DNA from: Planctomycetota bacterium
Lineage (GTDB): Bacteria > Planctomycetota > UBA8108 > SXIK01
Assembly: GCA_965223845.1 (NCBI GenBank)
Contig: CBDCXR010000004.1
Coordinates: 2,944,001-3,008,000 of the forward strand
Direction of reading: 5' to 3'
DNA: 64,000 nucleotides
The stretch's first letter is position 1, and the number at the start of each line of letters is the position of its first letter. Below are positions 50,041-59,746 of this stretch, piece by piece. The translations under genes and the position numbers were made by a program. The notes under the pieces were generated by a model. The model was not told where the DNA came from. It did not search any database and was given only the letters and a program-made list of their open reading frames with translations.

Positions 50041-51465
50041 ATGATGCGAAAGTCCGAGTCGACCACGACCGCTCCGAATGAACGTCGCGCCCTCCCGACG
50101 CGAGATCGGGACCTCAGTCGCCGCCGCTTTCTCGCCCGCACCGCAGCAGCCTCGGGGGCGGCCATCGCGGCGCCCCTCTTCGTCCCTGCCGCCGTCCTCG
50201 GGAAGGAGGGGCGCCCTCCGCCCAGCGAGCGCATCGTCATGGGCTGCGTCGGCACCGGTGGTCGCGGCACGAGCAATCTCCGAACGTTCATCCAGAATCC
50301 CGATGTGCAGATTGTCGCCGTCTGCGACGTCGAGAAACGCTCGTCTCGCTACTATCGGGGACGTACGGCGGGACGCGAACCCGCGCGCGAGGTCGTCGAG
50401 CAGCACTATGCAAAGGCGAAGACGGCGAACGCGGAGAAGAGTTGCCGCGCGTTCGGAGATTTTCGCGAGCTGCTCGCCATCGGTGACATCGACGCGGTAA
50501 GCGTCGCCACGCCCGATCATTGGCACGCGCTCGTTTCGATCGCAGCCGCGAACGCGGGCAAGGACATCTACTGCGAGAAGCCGCTCGCGAACTCCGTCGC
50601 CGAGGGGCGCGCGGTCGCCGAGGCGGTGCGGCGAAACGACCGCGTACTTCAAACCGGAAGTCACGAAAGATCGAACGCGAAGTCGCGCTTCGCCGCCGAG
50701 CTCGTCCTCAACGGACGGATCGGGAAGCTCCACACGGTGCGCATTCAGATGCCCTGTACGGAGCCGCACCATCTGCACGTCCGCGGCGTCGAGAACACCC
50801 CGCCGGTCGAACCCGTACCAGAGGGATTCGACTACGATTTCTGGCTCGGCCACACGCCGGCCGTCCCGTACACACCGGGTCGCTGCCACTTCTGGTGGCG
50901 CTTCGTGCTCGCGCACGGCGGCGGTGAGATGACGGACCGGGGCGCACACGTCATCGACCTCGCGCAGATGGGCATGGGAACGGAAACCACCGGTCCCGTC
51001 GAGATCGAGGCTAAGGGTGTCCGTGGGACCGGGCTCTACGACACGTTCATGGACTACGAATTCACGAATACGTTCGCGAACGGAGTCCGGATGATCGGGT
51101 CGGCCGAAGAGCCGCGCGGACTCAAGTTCGAGGGGAGCGACGGGTGGGTGTTCATTCACGTTCACGGCTGCGCTCTCGACGCGCACCCGAAGTCGCTTCT
51201 CGAGGAGACGATCGGCGACAGCGAAATCCGGATCGGGCGCAGCCCCGGCCACCACCGAAACTTCCTCGACTGCGTCAAGAGCCGAAAAACGCCCGTCGCG
51301 CCCGCAGAGGTCGGCCATCGATCGGCCACCATCTGTCACCTGAACAACATCGCGATGCTCACGGGTCGAAAGCTCCGCTGGGACCCGCGCACCGAGCGTT
51401 TCGCTGACGACGACGTCGCCAACGCACTCCTTCGCCCGAAGATGCGCGATCCCTGGACCGTGTAA
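50041..51465 (+). CDS. Tat-exported Gfo/Idh/MocA oxidoreductase
   Basis: SRRRFL; VGTGGRG; ATPDHWHA; DIYCEKP; DRGAHVID. Confidence 0.93.
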   Translation: MMRKSESTTTAPNERRALPTRDRDLSRRRFLARTAAASGAAIAAPLFVPAAVLGKEGRPPPSERIVMGCVGTGGRGTSNLRTFIQNPDVQIVAVCDVEKRSSRYYRGRTAGREPAREVVEQHYAKAKTANAEKSCRAFGDFRELLAIGDIDAVSVATPDHWHALVSIAAANAGKDIYCEKPLANSVAEGRAVAEAVRRNDRVLQTGSHERSNAKSRFAAELVLNGRIGKLHTVRIQMPCTEPHHLHVRGVENTPPVEPVPEGFDYDFWLGHTPAVPYTPGRCHFWWRFVLAHGGGEMTDRGAHVIDLAQMGMGTETTGPVEIEAKGVRGTGLYDTFMDYEFTNTFANGVRMIGSAEEPRGLKFEGSDGWVFIHVHGCALDAHPKSLLEETIGDSEIRIGRSPGHHRNFLDCVKSRKTPVAPAEVGHRSATICHLNNIAMLTGRKLRWDPRTERFADDDVANALLRPKMRDPWTV

Positions 51466-51510
51466 TCGCGAAACGGGTCGATACGGATGCTGAGGTTCAA
51501 ACGACGGACT

Positions 51511-52803
51511 TCACACGACGGGTAGCCGGTATCCCTCGCGGTACTCCCGCCCGAGAAACTGATCGGCTTCATCGTCGCCGACGAAAGTCTCCGTTTTCGC
51601 ATCGAAGCGAAGTCGGCGACCCGTGCGATACGCGATGTTCCCGAGGTGGCAGAGGAGCGCGGACTGGTGTCCCTCCTCGATGTCCGCGATCAACTCCTCG
51701 CGTTTTCGGCTGCGCACGCAGTCGATGAAGTTCTGGTAGTGCGTACCGGGATCGTTCCACTTCGGCTCGGAGGACGGCCCGGGCTCGTTGCCGATGAAGA
51801 ACCGGTAGCCGTGCCGGTCGATCATGAGAAAGCCCTTATCGCCGTAGAAGATATTGTCGTTGTCGAAGCGGTGGCCGGGCATGCGGTAAGGGGTGAAGTC
51901 ACGCTGCTCGAAGACGAAGAGAAGCCCGTCGTACTCCCACGTGACGACCATCGTATCGGGGGTCTCCTGCGCGTCTCCGCGGGATCCGAGCTTCGCGGCG
52001 CTACAGGACACCGCGTTCGGCGCGCCGAGGCCGAGCGCCCACCGGCCGATGTCGATTTGGTGGACGCCGTCGTTCCCGATGTCGCCCGTACCGTAGTCCC
52101 AGTGCCAGTGCCAACCGCTGTGAAAGCGGTTCGGATTGAACGGCCGCTTCGGTGCCGGACCGAGCCAGACATCGTAGTCGACCCCCTTCGGAACGGGTTC
52201 GTCGGGACGCGGCTCGAGGCGACCGCGGCGCTGATTGTTGATCGCCTTGACGACCTTGATGTCACCGATGAGGCCCTCTCGGATCTTCGCCCAGGCCTCC
52301 CGGTAGTGCGGTGCCGAGCGAAGCTGCGTGCCGTGCTGAACGATGCGGTCGTAGCGCCGAGCCGCCTTCACGGCGAGGCGGCCTTCGCGAATATTGTGCG
52401 ACGCCGGCTTCTCGACGTAGACATCCTTGCCCGCCGCACAGGCGAGAATCGTCGCCGGCGCATGCCAGTGATCGGGCGTCGCGACGGCGATCGCATCGAC
52501 ATGCTTCTCGTCAAGGAGAGTGCGGAAGTCGACGACCTGAAGCGGACGGCGTCGAGTCCGTCGCTCGATCTCGCCGCAAACCGTGCTCGAACGGCGCGAG
52601 TCCGGATCGCAGATCGCGACGACCTCGCTGTGCTGAACCGTCGAAAACCACCGAGCGAGTGCGCGGCCACGACCACAACCGAGCACCGCGACGCGGACGC
52701 GTTCGTTGGGCGACGCGCCGGCGACGCCGATGCTCGCGGCGCCGGCGCAAACCGCGGCGCCCGCCCCCGTCCCCAAAAACTCTCTGCGAGTCATGCTCGG
52801 CAT
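51511..52803 (-). CDS. Tat-exported Gfo/Idh/MocA oxidoreductase
   Basis: TRREFL; ATPDHWHA; DVYVEKP; NDGVHQID; HLGNIAY. Confidence 0.93.
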   Translation of the reverse strand: MPSMTRREFLGTGAGAAVCAGAASIGVAGASPNERVRVAVLGCGRGRALARWFSTVQHSEVVAICDPDSRRSSTVCGEIERRTRRRPLQVVDFRTLLDEKHVDAIAVATPDHWHAPATILACAAGKDVYVEKPASHNIREGRLAVKAARRYDRIVQHGTQLRSAPHYREAWAKIREGLIGDIKVVKAINNQRRGRLEPRPDEPVPKGVDYDVWLGPAPKRPFNPNRFHSGWHWHWDYGTGDIGNDGVHQIDIGRWALGLGAPNAVSCSAAKLGSRGDAQETPDTMVVTWEYDGLLFVFEQRDFTPYRMPGHRFDNDNIFYGDKGFLMIDRHGYRFFIGNEPGPSSEPKWNDPGTHYQNFIDCVRSRKREELIADIEEGHQSALLCHLGNIAYRTGRRLRFDAKTETFVGDDEADQFLGREYREGYRLPVV

Positions 52804-52888
52804 CGGTCCCTCCTTCTTGCCGTGAACGAAGAATTGCTCGCGAGGCGTTCCGCAGGTTCCGACCGGCTAGGGATTCGGCCGCGCCGGA

Positions 52889-53839
52889 TCAATTCGCCGC
52901 GTCGGGCTTCTCCCCGAGCTTCTCGCCCGGTCGAACGCCCAGCGCGGCGAGCTTGAACCCCGAGAGGATCCCCTCGGTCGAGCTGAGCACGTTCAGCCGA
53001 AGATACTTCGAGTCGCGGCACAAGACGAAGATCCCGTTCTGCGGATCGACGTGAACGATCGTTCCGCCGGACGCGATGGGCGCTGCACCCAGATCGGCGG
53101 GCGCTACTTCGAGGACTCGCATCGGCGACCCGCGAAACCACGTCCCGGCGCCATGGTACGTGGGATTGCAGGCGTTCACGAGGTTTTCGATCTCGTCCCC
53201 GCCCTGCTCGGACCAGTCGATTTCCGTCTCCTCGGGGCGCGGATGCGGCCGCGCGCTCGCTCCGCCTTCGGGCTGGGCCTCGAGCTCGGGTTCGCCGGCG
53301 GACTCGAGCCGGCCGAGGACGTCTCGCGCAACCTCGACCGCGGTGTGACTCAAGCGCGAGAGATAGATTCCGTAAGTTTCTCCCGGTGCGATCGGCGCCG
53401 ACCGGACGAGTAGCACGGGACCGGTATCGAAGCCGTCGTCCATGCGATGGACGGTGAGCGCACCGTCGCGATCGCCGCTCCGAATCTGCCAAAAGATCGG
53501 GTCCGGTCCCCGGTACTCCGGGAGCCGACCGGGATGGAAGTTGTAGATCCCCTTCGGGAACGCCTCGCGCGCCACGGCGGGAATCCGAAAGGGAAACGTG
53601 AGGGTGAGCCCGACGTCGGCCCCAGTCGATCGGATCCAGTCGGGCAGACCAGCGTCGAGCTCTTCCCGCTCGACAGCGATCGACGGAACGCCGGCTCCCT
53701 CCGCGGCCTCGAGAGCTGCCTCCTGCGCCTCGTGGAGGTGCGCTGGCACGATCACGCCGGCGAGTCGTCCGCTCTTCGCGAGAGCAGCGAGCGTGGGGAG
53801 CGCGAACTGACTGTTCGCGAACAAGATCGCGCGAATCAT
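52889..53839 (-). CDS. Formyltransferase, methionyl-tRNA formyltransferase-like paralog
   Basis: AGGAGA RBS then MIRAILF; NFHPGRLPEYRGPDP, TVHRMDDGFDTG, IDW, C-terminal GTIV. Lacks the canonical FMGTP N-terminus, so not called fmt. Confidence 0.85.
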   Translation of the reverse strand: MIRAILFANSQFALPTLAALAKSGRLAGVIVPAHLHEAQEAALEAAEGAGVPSIAVEREELDAGLPDWIRSTGADVGLTLTFPFRIPAVAREAFPKGIYNFHPGRLPEYRGPDPIFWQIRSGDRDGALTVHRMDDGFDTGPVLLVRSAPIAPGETYGIYLSRLSHTAVEVARDVLGRLESAGEPELEAQPEGGASARPHPRPEETEIDWSEQGGDEIENLVNACNPTYHGAGTWFRGSPMRVLEVAPADLGAAPIASGGTIVHVDPQNGIFVLCRDSKYLRLNVLSSTEGILSGFKLAALGVRPGEKLGEKPDAAN

Positions 53840-54159
53840 GTTTGTTCGAGTTCTCCTAGCGCGAGAGAAAGCGCCTCTCGAGGTGAGTACCGCCGCGCAC
53901 GTGTTCCCGTTCCCGTTCTCGACAGACCCTCCCCAACCCCTCACGCCGCAAGCGCCCCCCGACTCACCTTCGAGTTAGGGAAACGTGCAAGGAACGATCC
54001 GCTCCATTCTCCGGGCTCACTGGCCTATAGGCTACTCTCCACGTCTCCCCGATGGCCGCCGCGCCCGCGTGCGTGCTATGCTCCGCATCACCGCGCGAGC
54101 AGGGGGCCGCGCTGCGTAGCGATTTCCGTCGACCCATTCTTCTGACGCCCGAGAAAGCG

Positions 54160-55242
54160 ATGTCGCACGAGTGGATCCAGGACGCGATCACCGCGATCGA
54201 CGCAGACTTTCAGCGGTCCGCGGACACGCATCTCATCCGCCTCCCCGTCGCGAGCCTTCCGGGCATCGCGATCTACCTGAAGGACGAATCGATCCATCCG
54301 TCCGGAAGCCTCAAGCACCGCCTCGCCCGGTCGCTCTTCCTCTACGGAATCTGCAACGGATGGATCAACGAAGGAACTCCGATCGTCGAAGCTTCATCGG
54401 GGAGCACGGCGATCAGCGAGGCTTACTTCGCCGGTCTACTCGGACTCCCTTTCCATACGGTGATCCCTGCGAGCACCTCGAAAGAAAAGGTGAGCAAGAT
54501 CGAGTTCCTCGGTGGTACGTGTCACCTCGTCGAGGGACGCGACATCTACGGCGCGGCCGAAGCACTCGCGCGCGAGCTCGGCGGGCACTACATGGACCAG
54601 TTCACGAACGCCGAGCGCGCCACCGACTGGCGAGCGAACAACAACATCGCCGAATCGATGTTCCGCCAGCTCGAGCTCGAGCCCTCACCAGAACCGAGCT
54701 GGGTCGTGGTTTCCGCCGGAACCGGCGGAACCTCGGCGACGATCGGCCGTTACATCCGCTACCAAAAGCTGTCGACACGCCTCTGCGTCGCCGATCCCGA
54801 AAACTCGGTGTTCTTCGACTACTATTCCAGCCTCGATTCGAGCCTTACGCACGATCGTCCGTCGCGCATCGAAGGGATCGGACGTCCGCGCGTCGAGCCG
54901 TCCTTCGTTCCAACCGTGATCGATCGCATGATGCGCGTCCCCGACGCGGCCGCGATGGCGTCGCTCGAAGTGCTCGAACGCCTTCTCGATCGAAAGTGCG
55001 GTGGATCAACCGGCACGAACTTCTGGGCGACCATGCAGATCGTCGCAGAAATGATCGCGCGCGGCGCGACGGGGAGCGTCGTGACGCTCATTTGTGACGG
55101 CGGCGAGCGCTATCTCGAATCCTATTTCAATCCCGACTGGATCGCGCGCGAGGGACTCGATCCCGTTCCGTATCGGGGTTGGCTCGACGAGTTTCTGGAG
55201 ACGGGTTCGCCACCGGAGTCAGTCAGCCTCCGGGACGTGTAG
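54160..55242 (+). CDS. cds1: PLP-dependent cysteine synthase family, L-cysteine desulfhydrase Cds1-like
   Basis: RSADTHLIRL, YLKDESIHPSGSLKHRLARSLFLY, EASSGSTAISEAYFA, DQFTNAERATDWR.NNNIAES, SRIEGIGRPRVEPSF. Confidence 0.88.
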   Translation: MSHEWIQDAITAIDADFQRSADTHLIRLPVASLPGIAIYLKDESIHPSGSLKHRLARSLFLYGICNGWINEGTPIVEASSGSTAISEAYFAGLLGLPFHTVIPASTSKEKVSKIEFLGGTCHLVEGRDIYGAAEALARELGGHYMDQFTNAERATDWRANNNIAESMFRQLELEPSPEPSWVVVSAGTGGTSATIGRYIRYQKLSTRLCVADPENSVFFDYYSSLDSSLTHDRPSRIEGIGRPRVEPSFVPTVIDRMMRVPDAAAMASLEVLERLLDRKCGGSTGTNFWATMQIVAEMIARGATGSVVTLICDGGERYLESYFNPDWIAREGLDPVPYRGWLDEFLETGSPPESVSLRDV

Positions 55243-55306
55243 TCGCGATTCGCTCGACCGATCGATCCCCCGTCTCGAGCGATTCGGGTCATCTCGAGGG
55301 AAGATT

Positions 55307-55611
55307 TCACACGAAGGACGCGAAGGGGACGCGAGGGAAGACGAAGGAAGAGAGAGAAAACGAGGAGCTCCAGAGTGACGCCGCCGAGTGCGCTCGATCA
55401 CGGATCGGTCGCATTCGGCAGGTAGAGCAGGAAAACAGCTTCGTAGAGGAGCAGTTATCCACTCATTCTGCCCAACGTTGAGGCGAGACTGGCTTCGTTC
55501 AATCCATCGGGATCGACGAAACGATTCAGCCGAGTCTCTCGAACTCTTACACTACCTATCTCTCCTTCGTCTTCCTTCGCGTCCCCTTCGCGCTCTTCGT
55601 GTGACCCTCTT
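55307..55611. repeat. Long inverted-repeat (REP/MITE-like) element between convergent genes
   Basis: Left arm 55307-55348 matches the reverse complement of right arm 55563-55604 at 39/42; arms are built of ACGAAG/GCGAAG sub-repeats; about 210-bp spacer. Confidence 0.85.
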
Positions 55612-55635
55612 CTCAGACGTCGATATGCTCAGAGG

Positions 55636-56376
55636 TCATCGAACCGACCCCCAGAGCTTGACGAGCAGCTCGAACATCCCGGGGTCGTGCTCCTTCAACT
55701 CCGCACGCACGAACGGATAGAAGTCGTTCACGCCAAAGTACGCCTCCGTCGCCTCGGCGAAGTACTCCTTGTGATTCGACAGACCGTAGTGCCGCACCTT
55801 CGCGCCCGTGTAGAGAAGGACGTTCTCATAGATTCCCTTCTCCTTCGCCGCGTCGAACGCGGCGCGCACGCCCGAGTGGTCGAATCCGAGAACCTGGTCG
55901 TGGTAGGCGTGCGCGAGCTCGTGGAGGACGACGTAGGGATGCTTCGCCCACATGTGCGGCGCGAAGAGTGCCTTCGCGCGCGGGATGTGGACGTGCTTCT
56001 CGAGGCGCGGATCGTGGCCGTTTGCGACGAGCCAGCCGCGGCTCGGGTGGTACTGCATATTCTTCAGCGAATGCTGCAGATCGACCCAGATCCTGAGCTT
56101 CCGCAGCTCCGCCAGTCGCTCGGCCGGGACGATGTATTTGATTCGCTGGAGATGGTTCGCGAGCGCCTCGAGTGCGAGCTGGCTCGTCTCGGCGTTTTCT
56201 TTCTCGAGAAGAGCGGGATCCAGCGCGACGGTCCAGCCCTCGATGTTGCGTTCGATGGGGTCATAGAACGCCGCGCCGGATTTCTTTTCTTCGCCGGCGA
56301 CGCCGTAACCGACAGCGAGCCCGACGAGGAGAATCGTCGCCGCGCGCCGCGGGGAGAGAATCATCGCGTGAAACAT
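55636..56376 (-). CDS. Exported HEXXH zinc metallopeptidase (MtfA / lethal-factor-like zincin)
   Basis: Start MFHAMILSP with signal peptide; MQYHP, VVLHELAHAYH, NHKEYFAEATEAYFG.NDFYPF, HDP. Confidence 0.85.
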   Translation of the reverse strand: MFHAMILSPRRAATILLVGLAVGYGVAGEEKKSGAAFYDPIERNIEGWTVALDPALLEKENAETSQLALEALANHLQRIKYIVPAERLAELRKLRIWVDLQHSLKNMQYHPSRGWLVANGHDPRLEKHVHIPRAKALFAPHMWAKHPYVVLHELAHAYHDQVLGFDHSGVRAAFDAAKEKGIYENVLLYTGAKVRHYGLSNHKEYFAEATEAYFGVNDFYPFVRAELKEHDPGMFELLVKLWGSVR

Positions 56377-56453
56377 GAACTGCGCCTTTCGTCGCGAATG
56401 GAATGGACCGGGCGAATGACCTGGAGTCGAACGCCCTTCTATCGACGGTATCG

Positions 56454-58160
56454 TCAGTAGACGCAAATCGCCCGTCCCGGACCGCCGTGGCATCCCCGGA
56501 CCTTGACCGCGGCGAACAGAAAGTAGGGATCGCTCTCCGAAGGAATCTCGCCGAGTCCGGTGAGAAACTCGACGCCGACCATCCCCTTCGAACCGAGTGC
56601 CCAATACGCCATCAGAGCGCGCTTCGGCTCGACGCCGCCGAGAGTCGGTGCGTCGATCGCGATGCACCGCACGCCCTTCGAGGCGAGGTAGACGATCGCG
56701 TCCGGCCCGGGCGCGGGCCAGCCTTCGCTCCGGCCGTTGAGAGGATCGGCGAAACACGCCGAGCCCTCCGGCAGCGGCGCGAAGGTTCGATCGACGTGCC
56801 CCGTGCGAAAGATCGCGATGTCTCCCGCCCGGAGCGGTCCGTCCTTCTCCTCCGCGCTCCGAATGTGCGCGGCGGAGATTTCGGGAGACGCCGGCCACGC
56901 AGAGCGGACGGTCGTTCCGGCGAGGCTTCGAACATCGATGATGCGAGCTCGGCCACAGGTTTGTGAGAGCGGGACCTGTTCCGTCGTGACGCGGGTCGTC
57001 CCGCGCTCACCGTGCTTCGCCTCGTATTCGGCAAGCCACGCTCGAACTTCCGGCGAATAGGTCGCATCGTCGAATCCGGGTTCGGGAAGCGCATACGCCG
57101 GCGGGACGAGATGCGTCCCGACGTGACTGTCCATGAGGTGAGTGTTGTGCCAGTAGTCGATCGGCGGGGAGTAGAGAAAGTCGATTCGCATGTACGGTTG
57201 GCGGTGCCGGCCGACACCGACGCCCGGAGAAGAAACCGGAAGGTCACGATCGAGCGCGACCGAGAGATCAACGACGCGTTTCTTCCGTACCGACTCGATC
57301 AGGCGGCTCGCGAGAGGATTTCCGACGATCGCGAATGCGCGTCCCTCGCCGTACGCCCCGCCGACGTGCTTCGGTCCCATCATGCAGTAGAACGCGCCGG
57401 TCGTCGGAAGCTCACCGAGACGCGTCGCGCCTTCGGTGAAGATTCCGCCGTGCTCGAGTCCCGCGACGTGCGTCAGATTCGCGAGCTCCGGAATCGGCCC
57501 CATGCTCGGGCTGTCCGTGCCCATGTGCATAACGCCGCGAGCGGCGACCGCTTCGAGGCAGGACGGATGCGGATTCGGATATCCGGGGATCTTCTTCTCG
57601 AGGCAGTCCGCGATGAAACGGCGTCCCTCGGGAAACGGGCGGTAATAGAGATCCGAGTAGTCGCTTCGAAAAAGCGCGACGTCTCCGGCGCGCAATCGTC
57701 GGTGTTTCCGCTCCCACGCCTCGACGTGTGACGTCTGAACGAGCGGACTCTCCCCCGGTGGAGCCTTGCCGCGGAGCGCGCGAATGTCGATCACGCACGC
57801 CTCGCCGCAAAACTGCCACGCGGGGATCTTTTCCGTGAAAAGAACGCCGGCCGGTCCCTCGAACTCGAGTCCCGACCCGGGCTTCGGAATCGAGTGGGGC
57901 GGCGTGTCCATCTGCGTGCCGGTGTTCGGATCGAGGCTGAGGATGTCGACGTTGTACGCACTGTGCGGCCCGATGCGGGCGTGCGGGATCAGACGAAACG
58001 GCGGCCATCCGTCCGGCCAAGTGCACGGATAGTCCTCCGCGACAATCAGAGAAAGGTCGACGAATCGAGGTTCGGCCGCCGAACTGCGCCCGGCCGAGAG
58101 CGAGAGGAACGAGAAAACCGTCCCGGCGAAGATCGCAAGCGAAACGAATGGTCGGTTCAT
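56454..58160 (-). CDS. Exported protein with two tandem cyclase (kynurenine formamidase-like) domains
   Basis: Signal peptide from MNRPF; two repeats each starting VDLS, with GEACVIDIR/GRARIIDVR, GDVALFRS/GDIAIFRT, GTDSPS/AIDAPT, GEGRA/GPGRA. Confidence 0.87.
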   Translation of the reverse strand: MNRPFVSLAIFAGTVFSFLSLSAGRSSAAEPRFVDLSLIVAEDYPCTWPDGWPPFRLIPHARIGPHSAYNVDILSLDPNTGTQMDTPPHSIPKPGSGLEFEGPAGVLFTEKIPAWQFCGEACVIDIRALRGKAPPGESPLVQTSHVEAWERKHRRLRAGDVALFRSDYSDLYYRPFPEGRRFIADCLEKKIPGYPNPHPSCLEAVAARGVMHMGTDSPSMGPIPELANLTHVAGLEHGGIFTEGATRLGELPTTGAFYCMMGPKHVGGAYGEGRAFAIVGNPLASRLIESVRKKRVVDLSVALDRDLPVSSPGVGVGRHRQPYMRIDFLYSPPIDYWHNTHLMDSHVGTHLVPPAYALPEPGFDDATYSPEVRAWLAEYEAKHGERGTTRVTTEQVPLSQTCGRARIIDVRSLAGTTVRSAWPASPEISAAHIRSAEEKDGPLRAGDIAIFRTGHVDRTFAPLPEGSACFADPLNGRSEGWPAPGPDAIVYLASKGVRCIAIDAPTLGGVEPKRALMAYWALGSKGMVGVEFLTGLGEIPSESDPYFLFAAVKVRGCHGGPGRAICVY

Positions 58161-58301
58161 CGGAAACCAAGAGTTGGACATCGCCGGTAGTCGGTGCGAT
58201 CCGTGGATCCCTGGAGTCACATGCGGAGCCCGGGGTAAAATCGTAGCCGCATTCGATCTCTCGGAGAAAGATTCGATCCCTCTACGAAAGAGGACCCTAC
58301 G

Positions 58302-59642
58302 ATGCATCGCCGACATTTTCTTCGCACCGCCGCCGGGCTCGGCGCTGCCGCTCTCGCCCGTCCCGGATTCGCCGCAGATCTCGCCGACCAGAAACTCCTT
58401 CGCGCCGGACTCATCGGGTCCGGTTGGTACGGGAAGTGCGATCTCCTCCGGCTCATCCAAGTGACTCCGGTCGAGGTGATTTCGCTCTGCGACGTCGATC
58501 GGAAGATGCTCAGCGAAGCGGCGGACCTCGTCGCCTCGCGCCAGGCGTCGAAGAAGAAGCCGCGGACGTACAGCGACTATCGCGAGATGCTGAAGGAGCG
58601 CGATCTCGACGTCGTGCTCGTCGGGACGCCCGATCACTGGCACGCACTCCCGATGATCGCCGCCGTCGAAGCCGGCGCGGACGTTTACGTGCAGAAGCCG
58701 ATCGGGGTCGACGTCCGCGAAGGCCAAGCGATGGTCGCAGCGGCGCGGAAGCACAAGCGCGTCGTGCAAGTGGGAACGCAGAGGCGCAGCACTCCGCATC
58801 TCATCGAAGCGCGCGACCGCGTGATCCGGGAAGGACTCCTCGGCCGCGTCGCGCACGTCGAGGTGTACTGCTACTACCACATGCGCGCGCGCGGCAACCC
58901 GCCGGACACTGCGCCGCCCGAGCACCTCGACTACGAAATGTGGACTGGCCCCGCGCCGATGCGTCCCTACAACTCGCTCGTCCACCCGCGCCGCTGGCGC
59001 GCGTTCATGGAATACAGCAACGGCATCCTCGGCGACATGTGCATCCACATGCTCGACATGGTGCGCTGGATGCTCGAGCTCGGCTGGCCGAAGCGCATCG
59101 CGTCGTCCGGCGGAATCTTCGTTCAGAAAGACGCGAAGGCGAACACGACCGACACGCAGACGGCGACCTTCGACTTCGGCGAGCTCACCGTCACCTGGCA
59201 GCACCGAAGCTGGGGCTCGCCCCCCGACCCGGAGTACCCGTGGGGCGCGACGATCTACGGCGAGAAGGGAACGCTGCGGGCGAGCGTCCACCGCTACGAC
59301 TTCACCCCGCGCGGGAAGAAGGAACCGACACTGAGCGGCAAAGCGCTCATGGAACTCGACGAGTATCCGGAAGACAAGACCGAGAAAGATCTCGAGCTCC
59401 ACGTCGCGTCAGCGAACCGCTGGCACCAAAAGGACTTCGTCCGCGCGATCCAAAGCCGAGGCAAGCCGGTCGCAGACATCATGGAGGGACACATCTCGAC
59501 GACGAGCTGCGTCCTCGCGAATCTGGCGCTCGATCTTGGGCGGTCGCTCACCTGGGACGCGGAGAAAGAACAGGTCGTCGGGGACGACGAGGCGAACGCG
59601 CGGCTGGCTCGGCCTTATCGGGCGCCTTGGGTGCATCCGTAG
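58302..59642 (+). CDS. Tat-exported Gfo/Idh/MocA oxidoreductase
   Basis: HRRHFL; IGSGWYG; GTPDHWHA; DVYVQKP; DMCIHMLD. Confidence 0.93.
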   Translation: MHRRHFLRTAAGLGAAALARPGFAADLADQKLLRAGLIGSGWYGKCDLLRLIQVTPVEVISLCDVDRKMLSEAADLVASRQASKKKPRTYSDYREMLKERDLDVVLVGTPDHWHALPMIAAVEAGADVYVQKPIGVDVREGQAMVAAARKHKRVVQVGTQRRSTPHLIEARDRVIREGLLGRVAHVEVYCYYHMRARGNPPDTAPPEHLDYEMWTGPAPMRPYNSLVHPRRWRAFMEYSNGILGDMCIHMLDMVRWMLELGWPKRIASSGGIFVQKDAKANTTDTQTATFDFGELTVTWQHRSWGSPPDPEYPWGATIYGEKGTLRASVHRYDFTPRGKKEPTLSGKALMELDEYPEDKTEKDLELHVASANRWHQKDFVRAIQSRGKPVADIMEGHISTTSCVLANLALDLGRSLTWDAEKEQVVGDDEANARLARPYRAPWVHP

Positions 59643-59746
59643 TGCGGTGTTACGCAAGCAGCGACAAAGCTCTCGCGAAGCCTGAAATCACCTCGGCTGG
59701 CGGCGCGAGCTGAACGGAGGAGCGCCGACATCATCGGCCGCGGAGC

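Noticed and set aside
54003-54015. 13-mer TCCATTCTCCGGG shared with intergenic 14884-14896
   Set aside because: Only two copies of a short word; could be chance, and no promoter architecture supports it.
55307-55611. Considered as a CRISPR array or tRNA
   Set aside because: The repeats are inverted, not regularly spaced direct repeats; no cas genes and no cloverleaf or T-loop motif.
56377-56898. N-terminal extension of the metallopeptidase ORF
   Set aside because: It is an out-of-frame overlap with the cyclase 3' end; the signal peptide starts at 56376/56364.
58182-59402. Apparent long N-terminal fusion on the cyclase ORF
   Set aside because: It is antisense to the Gfo/Idh/MocA gene, and a signal peptide begins at 58160/58181.
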